Shown: in pieces, positions 14,901-23,481 of the stretch
How the letters are laid out: the number at the start of each line of letters is the position of its first letter
How positions within the stretch are numbered: position 1 is the first letter of the stretch
DNA from: Balanoglossus misakiensis
Taxonomy: Eukaryota > Animalia > Hemichordata
Direction: 5' to 3'
Assembly: GCA_040954595.2 (NCBI GenBank)
Contig: CM082589.2
Location: 3,858,213-3,922,212, forward strand
Length of the DNA stretch: 64,000 bases
Made by a program: the position numbers and the translations under genes
Notes under the pieces: model-generated
The model's input: only the letters and a program-made list of their open reading frames with translations
Told to the model about the DNA's origin: nothing
Databases searched by the model: none

Positions 14901-16929
14901 CGAAATGGAATCTATGTGATGAATTTCAGACAGAGTATACATTTTATAAAATTATTGATCACAGCCGTGGGCTACTCCTTTCGCCTTAGCAACCATACCT
15001 TCCCTCTATACTTGTTTCGAGGTGAAGCTACTTTCATGCCAGGCAGCACGGATCGTGACAGCCGCATCTTTGATACGGACCGACAAAGATAATTACTGGC
15101 AACGCTGGGCATTGACAACCGATTGGATTTTGCCTAATCACTCAGTAAAAGCTCGTTTACGGCTGCTCATCGAAGACAAACAATCCGCGATGAATCACGG
15201 CTTTCACGCATCCTTATCGCGGCGTTTCTAAGCTACAGCACGCAATTTTCAAATCTCGAAAAAAAGTTATCCTGGGGGCGATGAGAGCAATGCTCTGCGA
15301 CTATTCCCATTTACGTCATCACGCACTCAAGCACCCGCCAGCAACTAATTCAAAGAATTTAATCAGAAAAAAACGGTATATTATCATCCGAGCATTTAAT
15401 TCTAATGATTTGAAAATGAACTACAATTTTCGCAAAATTTCTACCGCGAGTCCTATTATGAAAATCGATTCGCAGAATTATAACCAATACAGTGGACCCG
15501 ATATACGTGCTTTACGCAACAAATCTATACGTAATTCCCGATATACGTGCTTTACGCAACAAATCTATACGTAATTCCCCTTAAAATACCAAATAAAATA
15601 CTATACTGTGGTCATAACAATAGTTTCAATTACACGTGTTAGTAATTAATGTGAAAATGTATACGTTTTACAGGGTTTCAACAACATCAAACTTTAGTCA
15701 TTTTCTTGGAACGGCGTAAAAAAGAATGAGAAGTCGTTTCATTTTTCCTATACAGTGTAGAACTACACAAAAATAATCCTTTAAATGAGCTTCTGCCAGT
15801 ATTTACCATGAATTTTACACTTCATCCTGTATTATTCGTAGCAACGAATCTGAGCTCAGAAATGGCTGAAAAAAGTGTTATTGTAACAATGAAATGATCA
15901 GTAGCCGAAACAAATAAATATATTGTGCCATCGAGCAATTAATCAAAATGTTATCGACGCCGGCGATCAAAGTGTGTTAACCGATAGAATTGAGTTCCCT
16001 CTTGTCAATCAAGCACCGACAAAGTCCTTATTTCTTAATACGTTATAATGAGTTAATAAAAATGAAGCGAATTATTAGTCTCCAGGTGTCTCGAAGTCTA
16101 GACGAAGTAAATGAGTTGGAAGCGAGTGCGGTACCTGCAGGACCAGTTAAGGTTTTGTAAGATTAATTCTGTGTGAAAACCCATTTCCGGGCTATGACAT
16201 TTCCGGTTGTTGACATGGGGGTGTGAAACTTTGTGCGCAGGTCTCTTCCGGAGACATGCGCACTTCAAACGACCCTCCCCTTTAAAGAAAACATTACAAG
16301 AACTTGTTTGACCCTGCTTGGTGTACTAGTTTTATCATAGACCCAATTTTCTCCAGGGTCTAGGACCCACTGCGAGTCTGTAAATACCGAGAGAATTACT
16401 GAAAACCCTGTAACAGGACTGGTTTCAGTATACCGTGCCTTTTGATTGTCGATATAAATCTAATTTTGAGTTCACGTGTCTTGCATTCTTTGAGGGGGTC
16501 GGAAAGAGCTAGCTCGTGGCACCACACGAAACAGGTCAGACCCACAGAGAGATCGCGAATACCGTAGTAAACGCAGCAAAGACTATCACGAGCCACAGCG
16601 CGACACAACAATTTCAGATGTCGATAAATCAAATTATGAGATCACGTTCTCCGAATTCAGCGAATGACAGCTGATGCTTGTACCTGCCACAGGTCACACG
16701 CAACGACAGTTTGTAATACTATAAATACCATGATCCTATAGTCTGCTGCAGGATTGCCGCTTTGTATCGCCGATAAATCAGATTGAATAATTAGCCTAAT
16801 TTTGTTCCCATGCCATGCGTATTTGGAAATTATTATCTTGTTATGATTGCAGTTCAATGGGGATAAATGATCATAATGTTGTCGTTGCTGACCTTATAAA
16901 AACTGGGCTGTCAGCAACAGCTTTTCTCA

Positions 16930-16960
<31 letters not shown>

Positions 16961-17142
16961 CATACATACATACATACATACATACATACATACATACATA
17001 CATACATACATACATACATACATACATACATACATACATACATACATACATACATACATACATACATACATACATACATACATACATACATACATACATA
17101 CATACATACATACATACATACATACATACATACATACATACA

Positions 17143-17173
<31 letters not shown>

Positions 17174-20100
17174 TATTGCATCATAATTACAAAATTCTGT
17201 ATTTATTGACATAAATTTATTGACCTTGTCATTCCAGATATCATCAAGCTGTTACTGGAAAATGAGATCGGACTGGGCGACGCCCTCCTCCGAGCAGTAG
17301 ACATACAGTATGCAGCTGCCGTACAAATGATCTGTGAGAACATTAAAAAACGTCATATGTTACCGGTATGTAGCTTTCACCGAGAATAGATTCATGTTGT
17401 TGGTCGATGATTGAATAGAGCGTATAGTTTCACTCTGTATTTCACAAATTCAGCGTTACTGAATGCTAGTTTTATTATTCAGCATGTTTGGCCAAGATTT
17501 AACATACTTATTTGTCAGTTATTTGCCCGCCCCCTTACCCCGTTTGCTCAGACAACACCTCGGTTCATGAACACGAAGATTTCAATTAAACGGGAATCGC
17601 GTCTGTTTGTTTGGTGCATCGTACCAAACTTAACTCAGAGGAATTCAATCTTGGTTCGCAAATATTAATCAGACTGTAGGATAACAGAGGAATTGCGCGC
17701 GTGTGACATTACGGGCGCACATATCAAACGCCAAGGTCTCAGATAGGCAAAATCTTTTGTGATGTAGTCAAATACAATAACATGGCGCCAGTCATTGTCC
17801 ATATTATGGATTACTACATCAACGATAATGCAACTTTTATGAGAAACCATTTGAAACTTGACTACAAATGAGATTGTCCTGGACAGATTGTTTAGTGTGC
17901 TTTCGGATTTCCCCGTAAAATAACGCCATTTAAAATTCAATGTAACAAACTGAACGTAGATAACGTCAGTCAAACTACTATCTGTTTTGTCACAGTGTGC
18001 GCCATCTAAAGGTGAAATGCATTTAAATGATTGGAAAGCGCGCACCGGGAATCGCATGAGGAAGGCATCAACCCAGGGACAATTGCGCATGTCAAATTGC
18101 CACGGAAGCTTTGCGCATGGTCACTGTATCCAACGTCGGGTGTTATGAAGATACCGTGTCGTTGTCACGTGTTTGACAATACATTTGTACTAAGTTATCT
18201 TTAAAAACTTAAAGTTCATGATTGAAGCAGGGATTATATAGTACATTCATTTTCCAATAAACCTAATATAAGCGATAAGTTAGTTTAAGGTAGTTCAGAC
18301 TAGTAACATACATGCCTCATTGCAAAGCTCCATTAAGTTTTTGATTTCTGACGTTGTTAGTAACACACATACCGAAATACATGTAGCTTTGTCTACTTGA
18401 CCATGAATGTCTTACGTGTAGATTCCTGTGATTTATTCCATGGAACAAGCAAAAGTCAAGAACGCACAGAAGCATTTTTGTACCCTTTGGTGACCTAAGT
18501 ATGCAAGTTAGTTCAATCGCAGGGAATGAATGTTTCCGCTTTGACCATGGTCTGATCAGGGACTTTGACCGCTCTGCAGAGTTGACGAGGACACTGTTTT
18601 ACCCCTTCACACTTTTGCTTTTTAGGACGCTTTGTATTGCCGTGCACTGAACGGGGACCTCCACCCGGACATCACGCCCGTCATCCTGGCCGCCCACCAC
18701 AACAGCTACGACGTCCTGAAGATTCTGCTGGAGTACGGCGCCAAGATCGAGGACCCGGAGACGTACAGCTTCACCACCGAGGAGTTCACCCTCCAGCAGA
18801 GCGTGGGCATGATCAACGTGTACAAGGCCCTGGCCAGCCAGGCGTACATGGCGCTGACCTCGGCCGATCCCATACACATGGCGTTCGTGCTGAGCAACAA
18901 GATGAGGGGGCTCAGCGAACGGAACTATGAATTCCGCTCCCAGTACGAGGAGCTGGCCACACAGTGCGAGCAGTTCGCCGCAGATTTGTTGAAGCAAGTG
19001 CGCGATTCGACCGAGCAGGCCATTGTATTGAATCATGATCCCGACTCGTGGGCCGCCACGGGGAAATTCAATGAACCTTACAAAGTACAGAGAGCCATTC
19101 GGTTCCAACAGAAGATGGTAAGTTGCTTACATTTTCGATTGGAGTCTTAAAATATAACCGTTGAGTATGATTTACTGCCAAATGTAGTGATGTATTTCTG
19201 TCTGTCTGTCTGTCTGTCTATTGTGATGAATTGATTTTTAACATATCGTCATCACCCTTTCGCGTGGGTATCAACAAGCTTCAACATTTACTGAAACACC
19301 CATGACCGCAACTGATTATTTTGTCTTTCCATTCTTTACCCAAAGTTCGTCGCCCACCCACACTGCCAGCAACGTCTCATCGAGAGATGGTACCACGGCC
19401 TGCCGTCGTGGAGGAAACGGAGCCAGTTGAACTGCATCGTTTTGTCCTTATTGATGGGCATCTGCTTCCCGATACTCTCCGTCTTCTACATGATCGCGCC
19501 GGGATTCAAGATCTCGCGGCTCCTGAGGATCCCCTACGTCAAGTTTGTGTGTAGCACGGCCTCCTCCATGACTTTCTTGCTTCTCCTCGGTCTCCAGGCG
19601 GTGGACATCAATACGAACTCGTACGCCAACTACACCCTGGAGGAGAACGGAACTGTGCCAGTCTTTCATAATAAGGAGTCGGACTTGATAAAGCCGCCGT
19701 CGTTCTCCGAGATTCTCATAGTGTTCTGGGTTATAGGTAAGATTCGAATGTTCCCACTGACTGAAAAGTCCTGTAGTGGACATTTACTATGTTAACTGAA
19801 ATGTGGATAAATTTACTTGGTCCGTGCTTAAAAATAACCTGCCAATACCCCGATAATAGCGCTAAAATCTTTATTCAATCGATCAGAGAGTGGTCGAAGG
19901 TGACAAATGTACAATCAACACCTGTTGTACAACGTCCACGTGACGGTATTGTAGTTTGGATGTTTGTATTGTGTCGTACTCATTAGGGTCAGACGTTGAT
20001 GGATCGGTTGCTGTTTTCAACCTGCGCGGATGATCTACCAGATTATATGCGTGTTGATTCGCTCATGTCAGTCACTCCAGAAAACATGTTACACCGCGCA

Positions 20101-20622
20101 TGTTTTGCAGCCCATGTTGCATAAAACCATGCAAAAAGTCGAGTAGAGAGTTATGGGTGTACACGCTTTATTAGTTGATTGTTGGTTGCGTTTTGAAGTT
20201 GTGTTCTTCCCACAGGATTGCACTGAGAATGCACAGAAACACCATTCCTAATTTTGTCATTTTTTTGTCGCATGTTCCATTTTTTGTTTCAGGCTATACT
20301 TGGCAGGACATCACCGACTTGTGGAGGAAAGGACCCAGGTGCATCAAGGAGAATGTATCTTGGAAAACCTTCGATTTTCTGACGTTGAGTCTCTATTGGG
20401 CTTGGATAGCTCTTCGAGTCAGCGTCATTATGCATGTAAGTGGTACATAAATACACAAATGAACATACATACATACATACAAACTGTACATACATACATA
20501 CATACATACATACATACATACATACATACATACATACATACATACATACATACATACATACATACATACATACATACAAACATACATACATACATACATA
20601 CATACATACATACATACAGATC

Positions 20623-20678
<56 letters not shown>

Positions 20679-23481
20679 TGTACATAAATGGCGGTTCAAA
20701 TGAAATCATTACAAACTGTAAAACTTCAACCACATATATATGAATATTTAATTTCTTTCTGATTTTTTTTTATGAAGGCGTACTTCTCTGGTCATGGGGA
20801 TATTATCAAACCAGTCTTGGAGGTGGATGGACAGTATGATCTCACGTTTCCCACACAGACCACCTTCATGGACACCGGTTCATCGGGTTTCGAAGGCCTT
20901 GATGAAACTTTGAGGGACGACGAAGATTTGGCCGCGTACCAACCCTTCTGGTCTCCGGACTTTGACCCCACCGGGGAGATGGACGTGCAGTATCTCGTGG
21001 ACATGTTCGAAAACGCCGCCGAATGTCATGAAACGTTTCAGAGGAATCTGACGGATTTCCTTCGCGTGAGGCTGATTGTGTTGCGAAATGCGCTGGACGA
21101 GCTGAACCAGTACCGCCGCGAGAAACCGTCAGACGACAGTGAACAGCCTCGTTCGCGCTCTCGCAGAGCCGCCAGGAGGATTAACAAGCAAGTGTCGGGC
21201 GGCGGCGGCGAGGACTCCATGAGCGAGGAGGACCGGATGCAGAATTACCCGCGCCAACTGATGTTGGCAACCGACCCGATTCTGGTCGCCGAGGCCCTCT
21301 TCGCGCTGGCCAAAGTCTTCAGTTTTCTGCGCGTCACAAGAATCACTGTCGTCGACATGCAAGTTGGTCCCATGCAGATATCTCTCGGAAGAATGATGTT
21401 TGATATTGTTCGCTTTCTCACCATATTTTCGTTCGTGTGGTTCGCGTTTTCCATCGGACTGAACCAACTTTACGTGTATCATTCTTACGAGAGGTCACTT
21501 AACTGTAAGATATTCAGCACCGACGACCAAGATAAGTGTTACCAGCCGTATGGCACGTGAGTATCAGAATGATCTACATGTCATTAATTTTATAATTGGA
21601 ACACGACCTGAAAAATGATCTAATTACATGTAGATCAGAACATAATGATGGCTACTCGTTAAAATTCCCAGTTATAAGCAGGCGTCAGAAGGTCATGAGG
21701 TAGTGTACGGGAAGATAGACACAACTATTTTCGAACAATGCCAATCGTGTCTGAGTATGTATTTCTTTTGTTTAGTATTTTGAACTGATGCGTTGATCAT
21801 ATTCATCAATTGATATGCCTGCTGTGTATTTACAGAGTTCTGAACTCTCTAACGACACTGTTTTGGGGTTTGTTTGGTATGACGGAGCTGACGACGCTAC
21901 GGATCACGGGAACAGATCACTGGTTCACGGAAAATATCGGTCGGATTTTGTTCGCTGCGTACAACGTCATCGCTATTGTGGTACTCCTCAATGTCCTCAT
22001 TGCTATGATGAGCAACACGTACACCCGAATTGAGGCAAGTAGATGGATATTGTATACTGTTGCATGGATGCCGGATCATGCCATGTAAAATATGGGATGT
22101 TTCAATGTGTGATTTAATTAATGTTACCGTATATGTTGATTGGTTATGTTTCGACATGGTGCATAATATACTAGTATGTAACACATTGTGTTGCATGGTG
22201 ACGTGTGACGCGCTGTGGCGCTTTGATTGGTCGACCAAACACTGTGTCGTCTCTTTCCTTTCAAGTTTAATTTTGATGTTTAAATGGTGCGAAGTAACTA
22301 TATAACCAGTCCTTGTGTGTGTTCCAATTTTAACACAGGAAGACGCAGACATGCAGTGGAAATTTTCAAGGTCAAGTCTTTGGATGAGCTACTACGACGA
22401 GACAAATACGATATCACCACCCTTCAATGTCATTCCAACGTGGAGGTCATTCAAATATATCACAACCAACATGAAGAACAAGTTGAATGGCGAAAAGGAA
22501 GAGAGGAAGCGAGTGAGCAGATTTTAAATTACCATATTAAGCAGGGGTGCACCTGTACAGCTCTGTTGCTGCGCCGAGGGGATGCAGAAGTGATGCGGCG
22601 TCTATGGACAAACGCCCAATCGTTCAAAATGCATTATATTATAGCTATACCAACGCGAATAAATACCTGTAAAAAGAGTACAATACAAAATCATGCAAAT
22701 GAGATATGCGCATACACAGATACCACAGTATTGTATTAACAATGCTCTTTGTTTTCCATCGTTACAGAAGAAACAATCAATATTTGCTAAGAAGGAGAAA
22801 GAATACAAAGTAAGTAGATTGTGCATATTTTACACTTTCATCTCAATTTCCATGGAAACGGACATGGTGATCCCTATTTTTATTTCATAAATATTATAGA
22901 ATGTACATATTTCAAAATTTCATGAAATTGGCATTACATTAAATTTTGAGATGAATATGTTAACACTTTACCTTAAGCGACAGGATCGAAGAGAATGAGA
23001 TCTCGTCTGTGGCATATGTTTTTCCACGAATTTGAAATATGATCTCCTCTTTCAGGATGTCATACATCAACTGGTGCAGAGGTATATCTTCGAGAAGAGG
23101 CGGTCGGGAGAGGACGAAGACGGCGGCGACCCCTTACTGATGCAACTGAAGGAAGACATCTCCGGTTTCAAGTACGACATGTTCGAGGCACTGACCGACA
23201 TGGACAGCCAGATGCGGCAGATGAAGTCGCAGATCGAGCACAGGGATGCCAACCCTTCCAAGGAGCCGCCCAACATTGGCAGCGAGGTGTTTCAGCAGCT
23301 TCACGACGTCGTCGCCAACGCCCCGGAGTCGCCCAAACCGCTGGGCCCCGAGATGTTCCACAATTGGGGGTCCATACACCTCATCGACGAGGCGGACGAG
23401 TCGGCCTTCCTGGAGGAGGGGGAAACCGACGAAGAGGAGGAGTCGGAACTCGGGTCGATGCACTCAGTGAAAATCGACTGA
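2755..23481 (+). CDS. TRPC: TRPC-A: canonical (short) transient receptor potential channel-like gene, 10 coding exons: 2755-2935, 17238-17365, 18626-19117, 19346-19736, 20293-20435, 20778-21556, 21836-22034, 22339-22512, 22768-22809, 23056-23481
   Basis: Exons join in frame (phases 1,0,0,1,0,2,0,0,0; sum 2955 nt = 984 aa + stop). Hallmarks: ankyrin repeats, DITPVILAAH, YKALAS, FVAHPHCQQ, GPMQISLGRM, LFW pore helix, VLLNVLIAMM S6, TRP box QWKFSR, C-terminal LKEDISGFKYD coiled coil. Exact subfamily (TRPC1/4/5-like vs other) not resolvable by eye. Confidence 0.95.
10920..11230. repeat. Probable old interspersed-repeat relic
   Basis: Shares a GCCATTTT(G)-AATTT-type core and AT-rich context with ~13850 and (reverse) ~38130-38235; boundaries uncertain. 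Confidence 0.3.
11333..12318. mobile_element. Non-autonomous DNA transposon, 986 bp, TTAA TSD (Kolobok-like)
   Basis: Perfect 17-bp TIR GGTAGTTGGAAAGGCTA...TAGCCTTTCCAACTACC flanked by TTAA (11329-11332; 12319-12322); no transposase ORF; purine-purine termini fit Kolobok rather than piggyBac. Confidence 0.85.
13696..13816. mobile_element. 121-bp MITE, TTAA TSD (Kolobok/T2-MITE-like)
   Basis: Perfect 22-bp TIR AGGGACAAAGTCTCTCTCTCGC, extending imperfectly; TTAA at 13692-13695 and 13817-13820. Confidence 0.85.
15497..15579. repeat. Exact 40-bp tandem duplication
   Basis: CCCGATATACGTGCTTTACGCAACAAATCTATACGTAATT x2 followed by CCC. Confidence 0.9.
16255..16285 (-). mobile_element. Orphan MITE terminus related to the 1623 element
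   Basis: Reverse complement TTAAAGGGGAGGGTCGTTTGAAGTGCGCATG vs TTAAAGGGGGAAGGTCGTCTGAACTGCACATG at 1619. Confidence 0.5.
16931..17172. repeat. (TACA)n microsatellite, ~60 units
   Basis: Uninterrupted tetranucleotide run; source of the spurious YIHT/MYVC ORFs. Confidence 0.98.
17238..17365 (+). CDS. TRPC: TRPC-A exon 2 (ankyrin repeats; not in ORF track)
   Basis: Acceptor ttccag; (D)IIKLLLENEIGLGDALLRAVDIQYAAAVQMICENIKKRHMLP; donor CCG/gtatgt; homologous to 38302-38426. Confidence 0.92.
18626..19117 (+). CDS. TRPC: TRPC-A exon 3 (last ankyrin + helical linker)
   Basis: tttttag/GAC; DLHPDITPVILAAHHN...YKALASQAY...CEQFAADLL...AIRFQQKM; ATG/gtaagt. Confidence 0.95.
19197..19219. repeat. Short (TCTG)n microsatellite
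   Basis: tctgtctgtctgtctgtctgtct in TRPC-A intron 3. Confidence 0.8.
19346..19736 (+). CDS. TRPC: TRPC-A exon 4 (pre-S1 elbow, S1, start of S2)
   Basis: caaag/TTC; FVAHPHCQQRLIERWYHGLP...IPYVKF...EILIVFWVI; AG/gtaag. Confidence 0.93.
20293..20435 (+). CDS. TRPC: TRPC-A exon 5 (S2-S3)
   Basis: tttcag/GC; YTWQDITDLWRKG...WKTFDFLTLSLYWAWIALR; CAT/gtaagt; same 143-nt length as the paralog exon. Confidence 0.93.
20464..20678. repeat. Compound microsatellite (TACA)n(GACA)n
   Basis: Fills most of TRPC-A intron 5. Confidence 0.97.
20778..21556 (+). CDS. TRPC: TRPC-A exon 6 (large S3-S4 loop, S4, S5)
   Basis: tatgaag/GCG; ...DPILVAEALFALAKVFSFLR...VGPMQISLGRMMFDIVRF...GLNQLY; AC/gtgagt, phase 2. 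Confidence 0.92.
21836..22034 (+). CDS. TRPC: TRPC-A exon 7 (pore helix, filter, S6)
   Basis: tttacag/A; TLFWGLFG...HWFTENIG...VVLLNVLIAMMSNTYTRIE; ends at non-canonical GAG/gcaagt donor; same 199-nt length as the paralog exon. Confidence 0.92.
22339..22512 (+). CDS. TRPC: TRPC-A exon 8 (TRP domain)
   Basis: acacag/GAA; EDADMQWKFSRSSLWMSYY...PPFNVIP; CGA/gtgagc. Confidence 0.93.
22768..22809 (+). CDS. TRPC: TRPC-A exon 9 (42-nt mini exon)
   Basis: ttacag/AAG; KKQSIFAKKEKEYK; AAA/gtaagt; matches 42-nt paralog exon RKQSFIERKNGEYE. Confidence 0.88.
23056..23481 (+). CDS. TRPC: TRPC-A exon 10 (rib helix, coiled coil, acidic tail)
   Basis: ctttcag/GAT; DVIHQLVQRYI...LKEDISGFKYDM...; TGA stop. 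Confidence 0.93.
   Translation, partial: DVIHQLVQRYIFEKRRSGEDEDGGDPLLMQLKEDISGFKYDMFEALTDMDSQMRQMKSQIEHRDANPSKEPPNIGSEVFQQLHDVVANAPESPKPLGPEMFHNWGSIHLIDEADESAFLEEGETDEEEESELGSMHSVKID

Noticed and set aside
16815-17212. YIHT/MYVC repeat ORFs (also 20289-20743)
   Set aside because: Translations of (TACA)n/(GACA)n microsatellites
2936-17237. Search for additional alternative first exons in TRPC-A intron 1
   Set aside because: No FLxAAExGD/NCVD-type segment seen in the ORF track or by eye; short or degenerate copies cannot be excluded without tblastn
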